From Candidatus Yanofskybacteria bacterium (GTDB lineage: Bacteria > Patescibacteriota > Minisyncoccia > 2-02-FULL-40-12 > IGHO2-01-FULL-4-A): a stretch of DNA of 64,000 nucleotides. Below are positions 47,327 through 57,692 of this stretch, one piece after another; the stretch's first letter is position 1, and the number at the start of each line of letters is the position of its first letter. The notes under the pieces are model-generated. The model was not told where the DNA came from and did not search any database. It was given only the letters and a program-made list of their open reading frames with translations. The DNA is taken from contig JACPNJ010000005.1 of the NCBI GenBank assembly GCA_016185545.1, forward strand, positions 271,717 to 335,716, in the 5' to 3' direction. The position numbers were made by a program, and so were the translations under genes.

Positions 47327-47945
47327 GAGTAAGGTGGCGTTTCTTGAGGTGGCGATAAATATACCAAATTACAAGTGCCGCTAAAATTAACATGGCAGCT
47401 TTCTCAGCAATATCAAGGTAAGGTTTAATTACGGCAAAGTTTTCCCCGGTTTTTTCGCCTAGTAACAACAAAAAAAAATTATAAGGCAACATCCCCAAAA
47501 AACTATAGACAGCAAAATTTTTAAAATTTAATCTTGATATGCCGGCCGGAATGGCAATTATTGACCTGGCAAACGGCAGGAAACGCCCCCAAAAAACCAA
47601 TTTTGTACCATACTTGACGAACAATCTGTCCAAATGATCTAAATCGTGTTTATAAACTAAAAAATATCTGCCGTATTTTTCTAAAAATGGCCGGCCGCCT
47701 TTGGCAAAAATTAAATAAAGAATTGATTCGCCAATCAGGGAGCCGATATTTATAACTATATAAATGAGCCAGATAGGGAAAACACCGCGTCCGCTTAGGA
47801 AACCGTAAAGAGGCAATAACACCTCGGATGGAATTAAAGAAATACTGACCCTATCTAGAATGGATAATAAAAAAGCTCCACCATAACCCCATCGCTCTAA
47901 AAGTTCCAATGACTTGGCGCCGATTGTACCTATTAAAAAATTCAT
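47319..47945 (-). CDS. DedA-family membrane protein
   Basis: IPSEV, GRFLP..R..IAIPAG. Confidence 0.85.
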   Translation of the reverse strand: MNFLIGTIGAKSLELLERWGYGGAFLLSILDRVSISLIPSEVLLPLYGFLSGRGVFPIWLIYIVINIGSLIGESILYLIFAKGGRPFLEKYGRYFLVYKHDLDHLDRLFVKYGTKLVFWGRFLPFARSIIAIPAGISRLNFKNFAVYSFLGMLPYNFFLLLLGEKTGENFAVIKPYLDIAEKAAMLILAALVIWYIYRHLKKRHLTHE

Positions 47946-48970
47946 TCCGTAGGATTAACTTCAATTGGATCTGTTTCACGCAATAATTTAGCCGCTTCAT
48001 CCGGATCAATAATATTCACGTCAATCCCGCTGCCCAACTCAAAAGCCCCGAATGTGGAAATCTTGGGTAAAACTTCGACGTGCCAAGTATAAAAATCGTG
48101 TACGTCTATCACTGTGTCTTCAAGCGGAGCAGTATGTACGAAAAAATTATAATCAGGATTTTTGAGAGCTAGCTGTATTTTTTTAAGAATCAACAGTAAA
48201 ATTTCGCCAAGATACACAAGCTGCTCCTCTGGCATTTTCTCAAAATGGGCATGACTTTCCTGCGGAAAAATTCTCACTTCGTAAGACGTCTTGGAAACGA
48301 AAGGACAAAAAGCGATAAAATACTTGTTTTCATAGACAATCCTTTTTCTCTCTTTCCTTTCCCAGTCAATCATCACATTATATATTCTTTTTTTATATTC
48401 ACGATAAAATTTTTCAGAACCGTTAATACTTCTTTTAACATCGGGAGGCAAGACTGGAATTGATATAATCTGCGAATGGGGATGCGACATGCTGGCTCCG
48501 GCGCGAGAACCATGATTATGGAAAATTAAAGCGTATTTACCATATGCGCCGCCGTCAGTCATAGTTCGGTATCTTTCCTGATAAACCTTTAATGCTTCAG
48601 CCAACTCTTCTTTGGAAAACTCGTGCAAAAATCTGTCATGATTCCTGAATATGACAACTTCATGCCTGCCCTTGGCTTCTTGAACATTAAAGGGGCCGAT
48701 AGACTCCGGCAGACTGGCTTTGCCTTCCAAAACTGCCGGGTATTTATTCTTTACCACCTTTATTGCCCAATCATTACGTTCTTTATTTAAGTATTCAGCC
48801 ACCACAATATTGCCGTATTTTTCCGGGTTCTCAAAGGGGCACTTGCTCTTAGGCAATGTTTTAGTTTTCGGTTTTTCTTGTTTAACCTGTTCCGGCCTTT
48901 GGGCTCGGCCCGTAGCAAAAAGCACCCATTCGCCGGAAACCAGGTCTTCTCTAAACTCGTTAACCACCAC
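47942..48970 (-). CDS. galT: Galactose-1-phosphate uridylyltransferase-like (HIT)
   Basis: CPF, NKYPA, AGASMSHPHSQ. Confidence 0.85.
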   Translation of the reverse strand: MVVNEFREDLVSGEWVLFATGRAQRPEQVKQEKPKTKTLPKSKCPFENPEKYGNIVVAEYLNKERNDWAIKVVKNKYPAVLEGKASLPESIGPFNVQEAKGRHEVVIFRNHDRFLHEFSKEELAEALKVYQERYRTMTDGGAYGKYALIFHNHGSRAGASMSHPHSQIISIPVLPPDVKRSINGSEKFYREYKKRIYNVMIDWERKERKRIVYENKYFIAFCPFVSKTSYEVRIFPQESHAHFEKMPEEQLVYLGEILLLILKKIQLALKNPDYNFFVHTAPLEDTVIDVHDFYTWHVEVLPKISTFGAFELGSGIDVNIIDPDEAAKLLRETDPIEVNPTE

Positions 48971-49031
48971 TAGTCACTAGCCACTAGCCACTAGCCACTA
49001 GTAATTTAACTAGTCGCTAGGCACTAGTCCG

Positions 49032-49793
49032 CTAGGCACTATACTTGTAAGTCCACAGATTCCACCTTACCTGCAATACCTCAAACAGCATTTTAATCAT
49101 CCCGCTTAATTTGACCTTACTTTCCGTATCATTCACCCATCGTATCGGCGCTTCTTCTATTTTAAAACCCAGTTTGAGGGCAATCGCCAAAATCTCCACG
49201 TCAAACGCCCAACGGAAAATTGTCTGTTTTTGAAATACCGCCTCGGTGGCTTTGCGTGAAAAACATTTGAATCCTGCCTGTGAATCTTTCACGCCAAGCG
49301 GTACGAGAGTATGCACGATCAGACGAAAAATTCCACCGAGAAAATCTCTGATCCATGGCTGCTTAACCGCTATATCAGCCCCGGCAATTCTACGGGAACC
49401 AATCACAATATCAGATCCTTGTGAAAAATATGGAAGAAAATTCTCAATTTGATCAATGGTTGTAGAATTATCCGCGTCCATAAATAAGCGGTAATCCCCC
49501 TGCGCCTCCAACATTCCCCGCCGCACCGCCCAGCCCTTGCCGTGATTTTCTTTGTCATCAATTATTTTCAGATTTGGGATTTGCCCGGCCTTCGTAGCCG
49601 AAGCTGCTACTTCATCGGGGTAAGTGGATTTGAGATTTGAAACAACGCCAACGGTATTGTCCTTTGATCCGTCACTAACCACAATGATTTCATAATCATA
49701 AGATTGCCGTGACAAATACTCGTGCACGCTCAAAAGCGTCTTTTCAATGCGTTTTTCCTCATTATAGGCAGGAATTATTACAGAAATATACAT
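49032..49793 (-). CDS. GT2 dolichyl-phosphate glucosyltransferase-like, with in-frame insert
   Basis: IPAYNEE, GKGWAVR, FMDAD, DSQAGFK. Confidence 0.9.
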   Translation of the reverse strand: MYISVIIPAYNEEKRIEKTLLSVHEYLSRQSYDYEIIVVSDGSKDNTVGVVSNLKSTYPDEVAASATKAGQIPNLKIIDDKENHGKGWAVRRGMLEAQGDYRLFMDADNSTTIDQIENFLPYFSQGSDIVIGSRRIAGADIAVKQPWIRDFLGGIFRLIVHTLVPLGVKDSQAGFKCFSRKATEAVFQKQTIFRWAFDVEILAIALKLGFKIEEAPIRWVNDTESKVKLSGMIKMLFEVLQVRWNLWTYKYSA

Positions 49794-49811
49794 GAAACAA
49801 TTATAGCAGAA

Positions 49812-50585
49812 TCAGGGGGCGGTTAAAATTTGCGGTCCGTCTTCAGTTATCGCTACCGTATGCTCAAAGTGGGCGGCGGCAGAGCCGTCGGCGGTGTTGT
49901 AGGAGAAGCCGTCCTTGCCTTTGACTAATCGCCAATTGCCGACAACAACCATTGGCTCAATGGCAATTACCATGCCAGCCTCAAGTTTTGGACCGGCTTC
50001 GGCTGGACCGTAATTGGGCACTTGCGGTTCCTCATGCAATTCCCGACCAATGCCGTGACCGACTAAATCCCGGATAACATTGAAACCATTTTTTTCAACA
50101 ACGGTTTGGACAGCATGGCCTATTTTACCGATATGATTTCCTGCTTTTGCCTGTTTTATTCCGGCATTGAGAGCTTCTTTCGTAACTTCTATCAATTTGT
50201 AAAGTTGGGAATTAGACTTTGACCATTTTTCATAATCACCACCGCCCGTTACCGGCACTGTTACCGCCGCATCCAAATTAAACCCCTTATAAACCACGCC
50301 CATGTCCAAACTTATGGTTTCTCCTTCTTTCAATTCACGCTCTGACGGCACGCAATGCACCACTTCGTTATTAACGGATGTGCAGACAGCCGCCGGGTAA
50401 CCGCCATAATCCAAAAAGGCCGGCTTAACCTTATAAAACAAAACGAGCTCGCGCGCGAGCTTATCAAGATTTTTGGTGGTAATTCCTGGTTTCACCGCCT
50501 CTGACAGTTTTTTCAAAATTTCGGCCAGGATTCTGCCGCCTTCTCTCATGATTTCTATTTCTTGCGTAGATTTGAGATGAATCAA
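49812..50585 (-). CDS. map: Methionine aminopeptidase type I
   Basis: GHGIG, HEEP, AIEPM, HFEHT. Confidence 0.96.
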   Translation of the reverse strand: MIHLKSTQEIEIMREGGRILAEILKKLSEAVKPGITTKNLDKLARELVLFYKVKPAFLDYGGYPAAVCTSVNNEVVHCVPSERELKEGETISLDMGVVYKGFNLDAAVTVPVTGGGDYEKWSKSNSQLYKLIEVTKEALNAGIKQAKAGNHIGKIGHAVQTVVEKNGFNVIRDLVGHGIGRELHEEPQVPNYGPAEAGPKLEAGMVIAIEPMVVVGNWRLVKGKDGFSYNTADGSAAAHFEHTVAITEDGPQILTAP

Positions 50586-50672
50586 CCATTCAGGTTATAG
50601 GTTATAGATTATAGGTTATAGCATTCTTCCATTATTTTTAACTATCACCTGTCACCTATTAGCTATCACCTC

Positions 50673-51341
50673 TCATAGATGTTTCATAATGTCTTCCTGT
50701 ACCTTCCCGATTGGCTGCTCGCCTTCAATAGTTATGGCATCATAGTCATTTTTTTTCAAAAAATCCAGCACCGGTTTGGTGTCTTTTAAAAATACGCGAT
50801 ATCTTTCCCTGATGATTTCCGGTTTGTCCAACGTCCTTGTGATTATCGGCGAACCATCTTCCGGACAGATGACAAGGTCACGGTACTGGGGAAAACCGGG
50901 TATGGGGTGCCTGCTTTTTTCACAAATCCTGCGGCTAGAATTTCGCCTAATTGATTCATTTTCGCTTAGCTTAATGTAAAAAATTTTTATGTTTTCTTTG
51001 CCATATAATTTTTCTAATTCCGGCATTTCATTTTCCGCTTCATATAAAGTGCGTGGTGAGCCGCTAAAAACTATGCCCCTGCCGACAGAAGCCAATTCCC
51101 TGATTTTTTCCACAATCAACTTGACAATCCACGGCGGCGGAAAGAGCTCGCCCATATTATATCTTCTTTTGGCTTCAGCGACTTCGGGGTCTTTTTTAAC
51201 AAGTTCTGGGTCGTTGATTTTAACTTCTCCCAGATTAGACGTTTCAATGTGCTCCAATCCAAATTTTTTAGCAATCAATTCCGCTTGCGTCCCCTTGCCC
51301 GCTCCCGGCGGCGCAATAAAAATTATGACTTGCTTAGACAT
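50673..51341 (-). CDS. adk: Adenylate kinase
   Basis: PPGAGKGTQA, GSPR; position after secY. Confidence 0.9.
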   Translation of the reverse strand: MSKQVIIFIAPPGAGKGTQAELIAKKFGLEHIETSNLGEVKINDPELVKKDPEVAEAKRRYNMGELFPPPWIVKLIVEKIRELASVGRGIVFSGSPRTLYEAENEMPELEKLYGKENIKIFYIKLSENESIRRNSSRRICEKSRHPIPGFPQYRDLVICPEDGSPIITRTLDKPEIIRERYRVFLKDTKPVLDFLKKNDYDAITIEGEQPIGKVQEDIMKHL

Positions 51342-51413
51342 GCTACCTGAATTTTATCACAAAATTTTTAAAAACCAAAAACCGGCCTAACGCCGGTTTT
51401 TGTAATTTTAGAT

Positions 51414-52673
51414 TTAGTATTCATACATACTCAACTGGGCATCCGCTGACTTCATCGTTTCCAAGATAACACTGACAACAATCAGGATAGAAGTGCCGCC
51501 AACAGCAAAAGTGGTAATACCAGTTGCGCCTTGGACAATCTGCGGTAAAACAGCAATCAGACCCAAAAATATGGCACCCACCAATGTTACCCGATTTAAC
51601 AAGTGGAGCAGAAACTGCGATGTTGGTTGGCCCGGACGAATACCTGGTATGTAGCCGCCCTGTTTTTGAATATTTTCAGAAATTGACTTTGGGTCAAAAG
51701 TAACGGCAGTGTAAAAATAAGTGAATAAAACCACCAATAAAAAGTAGGATATGCCGTAAATTAACTGATTTTGCACAAAATTATTAAAAAATCCAGCGAT
51801 ACGGGCTACAAAAACGACACTTGAACCGCTTAAAAAACTGGCAATCATCCCGGGAAAAAGCAAAATAGACAAAGCAAAAATTATCGGCATCACACCAGCG
51901 TTATTTACTCTCATCGGCAGATAAGTGGAAACTCCGCCAAACACCCGTGAACCACGTATACGCCTGGCATAGTTAATCGGTATATTTCTTTGGGCTTCGG
52001 TAAGATAAACCACACCCGCAATAACGATAAGCGAAATTATTACGAATCCAATATAAGTAAATATCTGCTGGGAACTATAGGTTAAAAGTAATTGCCTAAC
52101 CGTAGTTGGAAAACCAGCGACAATGCCGGCAAAAATCAGAAGCGAGACTCCATTGCCTAGATTTTTCTCCGATATCAGTTCACCTAGCCACATCAAAAAT
52201 ACCGAACCGGCCGCAATTACCAAAAGTGAACCTGCCCAAGTGAATAAATCCAGCTGGCCTATCACCCCCTGACGTGACAAAAGAACAATAAAGGCATAAC
52301 CCTGAAGCATTGCCAATGGCACGGTCAAAAGCCGTGAATACTGATTAAATCTCTGCCGGCCGGCTTCACCCTCATATTTGTACATTTGTTCCAATGAAGG
52401 AAAAATCATGGTTAAAAGCTGCATTATAATTGAGGCAGTTATATAAGGTCCCAAACCAAGCATAGCTATTGAAAAGTTATCCAGTCCTCCGCCGGTAAAA
52501 GCGCTGATTAAACCGAAAAGCTGGTTATTCGCCAGAAAATCCTTGAGCCGCGACGGATCAATGCCGGGAATAGGGATTGCGGCGGTAACACGAAAAACCA
52601 CCAACATGGCCAAAATAAACAACACTTTGTTTCGCAGATCTTTGATTTTAAAAATTTTGAGTAAGCGGTTCAT
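51414..52673 (-). CDS. secY: Preprotein translocase SecY
   Basis: PYITASII, GNGVSLLIF, IPGIRPG. Confidence 0.97.
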   Translation of the reverse strand: MNRLLKIFKIKDLRNKVLFILAMLVVFRVTAAIPIPGIDPSRLKDFLANNQLFGLISAFTGGGLDNFSIAMLGLGPYITASIIMQLLTMIFPSLEQMYKYEGEAGRQRFNQYSRLLTVPLAMLQGYAFIVLLSRQGVIGQLDLFTWAGSLLVIAAGSVFLMWLGELISEKNLGNGVSLLIFAGIVAGFPTTVRQLLLTYSSQQIFTYIGFVIISLIVIAGVVYLTEAQRNIPINYARRIRGSRVFGGVSTYLPMRVNNAGVMPIIFALSILLFPGMIASFLSGSSVVFVARIAGFFNNFVQNQLIYGISYFLLVVLFTYFYTAVTFDPKSISENIQKQGGYIPGIRPGQPTSQFLLHLLNRVTLVGAIFLGLIAVLPQIVQGATGITTFAVGGTSILIVVSVILETMKSADAQLSMYEY

Positions 52674-52786
52674 TAAAATTTTAGCTTAAAATTCAAAACT
52701 CAAATTTCAAATTTTTATTGAAACTTAAAATCTAGATTTTAAAATGATTTGAGTTTTGAATTTTAGATTCCATTTAAAATTTGTGA

Positions 52787-53248
52787 TTACTCAATGGCTC
52801 CACCAGCTTTTAGTACTTTCTCCCTTGCTGACTTAGAAAATTTAAAACCTGAAAAACTAAGCTTCTTTGTTAATTCTCCATCACCCAAAATTTTTACGCC
52901 ATTTTTAGAATTTTTTATAATGCCTAACTTAACCAAAACTTTAGGTTCAACCCTGTTGCCATCTTTAAAATTAGAATTCACAGTATTAAGATCAATAATT
53001 ACTGGCTTATTGTACTTAACCTGAAATGCCCGATGTTTAATGTCAACTTTCTTGGTTGCGCCACGCTGTTTCGGAAAAAGTTTCCAAATTGGGTTGTCGC
53101 CGCCGCGAAAACCCGGCCGTATTCTAGCGCCGGCACGAGACTTCTGGCCCTTTGAGCCATGGCCTGAGTAGGTGCCACGCTTGCCACCCCGACCTACCCG
53201 CTTTCGTTTTTTATTTTTAGTTGTGTATTTTAGTTGGTGAAGCTGCAT
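52787..53248 (-). CDS. rplO: 50S ribosomal protein L15
   Basis: RVGRG, GQKSRAG. Confidence 0.95.
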   Translation of the reverse strand: MQLHQLKYTTKNKKRKRVGRGGKRGTYSGHGSKGQKSRAGARIRPGFRGGDNPIWKLFPKQRGATKKVDIKHRAFQVKYNKPVIIDLNTVNSNFKDGNRVEPKVLVKLGIIKNSKNGVKILGDGELTKKLSFSGFKFSKSAREKVLKAGGAIE

Positions 53249-53313
53249 TATTCAGGTTACAGGTTACAGGTTACAGGTTCAAAAAATTAAACCTAGCACC
53301 TGACACCTGACAC

Positions 53314-53820
53314 CTAGTTTTTGAGCTTGCTCAACGCTCCTATCGTTGCTCTTGCTATATTTATCTTATTTCCGGTTCTTTTTATAAGCTTTGCGGAAAT
53401 ATTTTCAATACCAGAAAGTTTAGCCACTACACGTACCGCTCCTCCAGCCTTAACTCCGTTGCCAACTGGCGCGGGCTTAAGTAAAACCACCGCGCTGCCG
53501 TATTTATATTCAATTATGTGTGGTATTGTGCCGTTTTTTATCGGCACTGTGACCATGTTTTTACGTGCTTGATGTGTCGCTTTTTGCATTGACTGAGCCA
53601 CGTCATGACCTTGAGCAACTCCAACTCCTACCCTGCCCTTACCATCACCTATAGCAATAGTGGCACGGAAACTGAATCGCTTGCCACCCTTGGTTACACG
53701 AGTTACCCTAGCAATATCCAAAACTTTGGAATCAAATTCCGATTTTTCTTTGGGTGTCCCCCGATCTCTGCCGAAGCCTCTTCTGCCTCCGGTTTTTTTA
53801 TTATTTTTTTGTTCCTCCAT
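53314..53820 (-). CDS. rpsE: 30S ribosomal protein S5
   Basis: RVTRVTKGGKRFSF. Confidence 0.96.
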   Translation of the reverse strand: MEEQKNNKKTGGRRGFGRDRGTPKEKSEFDSKVLDIARVTRVTKGGKRFSFRATIAIGDGKGRVGVGVAQGHDVAQSMQKATHQARKNMVTVPIKNGTIPHIIEYKYGSAVVLLKPAPVGNGVKAGGAVRVVAKLSGIENISAKLIKRTGNKINIARATIGALSKLKN

Positions 53821-54026
53821 GCCAGTTTGTCCAAACGCAGCGTTAACGAGTATTGGCTAACAAACTGCGCACCCCGCTCTTTCTAATCACTAATCGAGAT
53901 AAATAAAGTAGAAACTTTACCGATAGGCATTTATTACTTAATCTCGAATATCAATCAGAAAGAGCGGGGTTAAGTATTTTTTACTATGCTCGGCTCGCAA
54001 TAGCTCGCCTGCGCGTGGAAAAATAC
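53821..54026 (-). repeat. Tripartite hairpin element (rplR-rpsE spacer)
   Basis: Bulged hairpin + ACCCCGC..GCGGGGT stem + bulged hairpin abutting ATG. Confidence 0.8.
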
Positions 54027-54398
54027 TTAAAATTTTAGTCCTCCCCTTCTTAATCCTTCCGCCAATGCTCTTATTCTCCCGTGATATTTGTAGCCCCCCC
54101 TATCAAATACGACCTTGCTTATCCTCATGTCTTTGGCTTTTTTTGCCAACGTTTCTCCGATTAAATCAGCTCTTGCGGTTTTACTTTCTTTTTTTATTTT
54201 AGTTCCGCTTTTCATACTATTTTTTACTTTCAGGATATCACTGGCACTTATCAGTGTTTTTCCGGTCGCATCATCAATTATCTGAACAAAAACGTGACGA
54301 CTACTGCGAAAAACCGAAACTCGCGGAGTCTCTTTTGTTCCACGCACTTTTGCCCTAACACGGTTATGTCTTTTTTCTCTGTGTTGCTTTTTATTCAT
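54027..54398 (-). CDS. rplR: 50S ribosomal protein L18
   Basis: VFDRGGYKYHGR. Confidence 0.96.
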   Translation of the reverse strand: MNKKQHREKRHNRVRAKVRGTKETPRVSVFRSSRHVFVQIIDDATGKTLISASDILKVKNSMKSGTKIKKESKTARADLIGETLAKKAKDMRISKVVFDRGGYKYHGRIRALAEGLRRGGLKF

Positions 54399-54470
54399 GC
54401 TAAAGTTTCTAGTTTCTAGTTTTTAGTTTCTAGTGAATTTTACTAGCAACTAGAACCTAGAACCTAGCAA

Positions 54471-55025
54471 CTATCCTGCCGTTGCTACCGCCTTCTTGCC
54501 CGCCTTTCTTAAAATAACTTCGTTCTTGTATTTAATGCCGGAACCCTTATACGGTTCCGGCGGTTTAGCCGCCCTTATTAAAGCCGCGACATGACCGACT
54601 TTTTCTTTATCCGGTCCAGTTACTTTTATAACATTTTTCTCCACCCGGAAAGTCACTCCTTCAGGCGCTTTTACCGAAACTGGATTGGTATAACCCAGAC
54701 TTAATTCAATGGAATCTTCCTTTACTTGAGCCTTGAAACCCACTCCATTAAACTCCAGTACCTTTTCAAAACCGCCAAAAACACCCTTTATCATTGTTGC
54801 CGCCAGCGCCCTGCCCAATCCCCAAAATTTAGAAGTTTCTTTGCTGGCATCAATGCCTTGTTTTAATCCAATAACAACGGCACCATCTTCCACTCTGGCA
54901 ATTAAAACATCCGGAAGAATTTTTTCCAGTTCGCCCTTGGGACCCTTGGCGTGAATTTTTTGACCGTCAATTTCCACTTCCACACCATCCGGAATTTTGA
55001 TTAGTTTTTTACCTATTCTAGACAT
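54471..55025 (-). CDS. rplF: 50S ribosomal protein L6
   Basis: MSRIGK, PEPYKG. Confidence 0.96.
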   Translation of the reverse strand: MSRIGKKLIKIPDGVEVEIDGQKIHAKGPKGELEKILPDVLIARVEDGAVVIGLKQGIDASKETSKFWGLGRALAATMIKGVFGGFEKVLEFNGVGFKAQVKEDSIELSLGYTNPVSVKAPEGVTFRVEKNVIKVTGPDKEKVGHVAALIRAAKPPEPYKGSGIKYKNEVILRKAGKKAVATAG

Positions 55026-55179
55026 GCAAATTTGTCCAATCGGACAAGCGTAATCGCGTAGTCCGATTGGGTAACAGATTTAGCACCCCGCCCTCTAAGC
55101 ACTTTAATAGCTTAGAGGGCGGGGTAACTAACTGTTACCATGCTCGGCTCGCTTTGCTCGCCTGCGCGTGGACAGCTAT
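55026..55179 (-). repeat. Tripartite hairpin element (rpsH-rplF spacer)
   Basis: Near-identical over ~113 bp to 59432-59545. Confidence 0.9.
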
Positions 55180-55578
55180 TTACCAAACCTCAAAAAGCAC
55201 CTCTCCTCCCAGTTCGGCTTTCCTTGCATCTTCGCCCGCCATTATCCCCTTGGATGTTGAAATCACAGAAATACCATAACCATTTTTCACGGGTTTTAAA
55301 TCTTTTTTACCGGCATACATTCTTCGCGATGGTTTTGAAACCAACTTAATTCCCTTGATTGCGCCTACACCGTTATCATATTTTAATTCAATTGCCAGCA
55401 TATTAAATTCGGATTTTTTGGTTTTTATTTTTCTCTTGTCAACACCGGCGATAAATCCTTTGGTTTTTAAAATTCCGGCAATTTCAAATTTAATTTTTGA
55501 AAAAGGTGAAACTATCTCGCTTTTACCGCGAGCCTGCGCATTTTTTATTTGGGTCAGCATGTTTGCGATTGGACTCAA
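55180..55578 (-). CDS. rpsH: 30S ribosomal protein S8
   Basis: PIANMLTQIKNA, SKPSRRMY, GGEV. Confidence 0.96.
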   Translation of the reverse strand: MSPIANMLTQIKNAQARGKSEIVSPFSKIKFEIAGILKTKGFIAGVDKRKIKTKKSEFNMLAIELKYDNGVGAIKGIKLVSKPSRRMYAGKKDLKPVKNGYGISVISTSKGIMAGEDARKAELGGEVLFEVW

Positions 55579-55687
55579 GTTAGTTTATCAAGTTTATAAA
55601 GTTTTAAAGTTTACAAAGTTAGATTCTGAATAACTTTACAAACTTTATGAACTTTATGAACTTTATGAACTTTTTACTGGTCGTGGT

Positions 55688-55873
55688 TTACCACGAACTT
55701 TTATGTATTCCGGGCAGTAATCCTTGGCTAGCCAGCTCTCTGAAATGCACCCGGCACAAACCGAATTTCCTGATATAGCCGTGCTTGCGCCCGCACATAA
55801 AACAGCGGTTTACGATTCTGCTTGAAAACTTGGGCTTCTTATTTGATCTTGCGATTGTGGATTTTTTCGGCAT
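55688..55873 (-). CDS. rpsN: 30S ribosomal protein S14 (short Zn type)
   Basis: NRCFMCGR...CRVHFRE; start MPKKS. Confidence 0.93.
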   Translation of the reverse strand: MPKKSTIARSNKKPKFSSRIVNRCFMCGRKHGYIRKFGLCRVHFRELASQGLLPGIHKSSW

Positions 55874-55946
55874 GCCAATTTTCTCAACGAGGCAAGCGTA
55901 TGCTCGCGACGCCGAGTTGTTAGAAAGCTTGAGCACCCCGCTGCAT

Positions 55947-56516
55947 TTAAAGGTTCCGCTTAATTGGAAACCCCGTCAATCTCAATAACTCCACGCCTTC
56001 TTCCTTAGATTTAGCCGTCGTTACCACTGTAACTTCCAAAGGAAATATGTCCTTCAGCGATTCATATGTAACTTCCGGAAAAATCGTCTGTTCTTTGATA
56101 CCGATGTTAATATTTCCGTGCTGGTCAAACACCTTCTGTTCCAAACCATGGAAATCCCGCGAACGCGGCAAAGCTATTGAAATTAACCTATCTATAAAAT
56201 CATACATTCGCCTTCCGCGCAAGGTCACCACCATTCCAACATCCAGTCCTTGGCGCACCTTAAAACCGGAAATTGATTGTTTCGCTTTGCGCATCGCGGC
56301 TTTTTGGCCGGTTATTTTAGCCAAGTCCTGCTCAATTTTTTCAATTGCTTTTGTCTCCTTGGCCACCGCCTTGCGCCCATAGCCGACATTAACCACGACT
56401 TTCTCAATCTTCGGCACCGCCATCACATTCTTGTAACCGAACTTAGCCTTCATCAAGGGTAGTACTTCTTTACGATACTTTTCTAATAATCTAGGTTGTT
56501 GTGTTTTCATTTTCAT
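55947..56516 (-). CDS. rplE: 50S ribosomal protein L5
   Basis: [19 protein letters not shown]. Confidence 0.96.
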   Translation of the reverse strand: MKMKTQQPRLLEKYRKEVLPLMKAKFGYKNVMAVPKIEKVVVNVGYGRKAVAKETKAIEKIEQDLAKITGQKAAMRKAKQSISGFKVRQGLDVGMVVTLRGRRMYDFIDRLISIALPRSRDFHGLEQKVFDQHGNINIGIKEQTIFPEVTYESLKDIFPLEVTVVTTAKSKEEGVELLRLTGFPIKRNL

Positions 56517-56690
56517 AAAAGGATCCCGCCCCATCCGGGGTCATGGCTTCCTTGGCAATTTGGTTTTAACAAAACTCGCCTTCGGCTTTGATTTTATTTT
56601 GTCTAAAACTCTGCTACCAGAAGGGGCGGGATTGCGCTTGTTACCAGTGCTCGCCTCGCCATGCTCGGCTCCGCCCTGACAAGCTTACCT
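56517..56690 (-). repeat. Variant of the tripartite element (rplX-rplE spacer)
   Basis: GCTTGTCA..TGGTAACAAGC hairpin and ATCCCGCCCC..GGGGCGGGAT stem. Confidence 0.7.
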
Positions 56691-56756
56691 CTTTTCGGTA
56701 TTTAGTTAGTAATCTTGGTGTATTTAACATAATTAAATACTAGCAAAGCTAGTTTG

Positions 56757-57062
56757 CTAGTTTTCTGATCCACATTTTTTGCATATTCTCTCTTTATTAT
56801 CTCCAACAATCTTATGCCCCACTCTTGTCGGCTTCCCGCAACTCTTGCATACTAACATAACTTTTGACGCATCCACCGCCCGCTCTTTATGAATTATCTG
56901 CCCCTTCTGCCCTTGCTTTCTGGCCCGCAAATGCCTGGCAACGGTATTCAATTTTTCAACCACAATTTTACCTTCGCGCGGAAAAACAAACAAAACCTTA
57001 CCCGTCTTGCCCCGGTCTTTACCGTTCAACATCACCACGTTGTCGCCTTTTTTGATGTTCAT
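56757..57062 (-). CDS. rplX: 50S ribosomal protein L24
   Basis: IKKGDNV..GKDRGKTG. Confidence 0.96.
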   Translation of the reverse strand: MNIKKGDNVVMLNGKDRGKTGKVLFVFPREGKIVVEKLNTVARHLRARKQGQKGQIIHKERAVDASKVMLVCKSCGKPTRVGHKIVGDNKERICKKCGSEN

Positions 57063-57077
57063 TTCTTATAAATTAAG

Positions 57078-57246
57078 TTTGAACTTTGTAAATTTTTCTT
57101 TTCTGGGCGAGCAGGAACAAATATTATCAAATTTCTGAAGTTTTTCGCTGATGGGAATCCACTATTGGAGCACATCTAGAAAAACGAGAAAATTTGATAA
57201 ATATTTGTAAGCGAGAACAAACAAAGAAAAATTTACAAAGTTCAAA
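57078..57246. repeat. ~170-nt long imperfect hairpin overlapping the rplN stop
   Basis: tttgaactttgtaaatttttctt...aagaaaaatttacaaagttcaaa. Confidence 0.8.
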
Positions 57247-57613
57247 CGATCTCTTGCGCCAAACTTGCAATGGTGTCAAATCCTCTTTCTTTTATTTCTC
57301 TGGGTATCGGCCCGAAAATTCTGCCGCCCTTAGGTTCCTTGCTAGTACCCTCTAATATCACTACTGCATTATCGTCAAATCTGACATAACTTCCATCTTT
57401 TCTTCTGAAATTATTCCTCTGGCGGACAATCACGGCCCTGAGTACATCTTTCTTTTTGACTTGTTTGCGCGGTTCGGTTTCTTTGACGGATATTACGATA
57501 ATATCGCCAAGCTGGCCGTATCTATGCCTCGTTCCGCCCAAAACCTGAATCACGCCAACCTTTTTGGCTCCACTATTATCAGCAACATTTAAAATTGAAC
57601 GCAGTTGAATCAC
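57242..57613 (-). CDS. rplN: 50S ribosomal protein L14
   Basis: VADNSGAK, FDDNAVV. Confidence 0.97.
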   Translation of the reverse strand: MIQLRSILNVADNSGAKKVGVIQVLGGTRHRYGQLGDIIVISVKETEPRKQVKKKDVLRAVIVRQRNNFRRKDGSYVRFDDNAVVILEGTSKEPKGGRIFGPIPREIKERGFDTIASLAQEIV

Positions 57614-57692
57614 TTAATCAGGTTACAGGTTACAGGTTACAGGTTACAGGTTAAAAAATTAAACCTAGCACCTGACACCCGAAACCTGACAC

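Noticed and set aside
50446-50461. 16-bp palindrome inside map
   Set aside because: Short, encodes ordinary KLAREL without a length change; may be chance.
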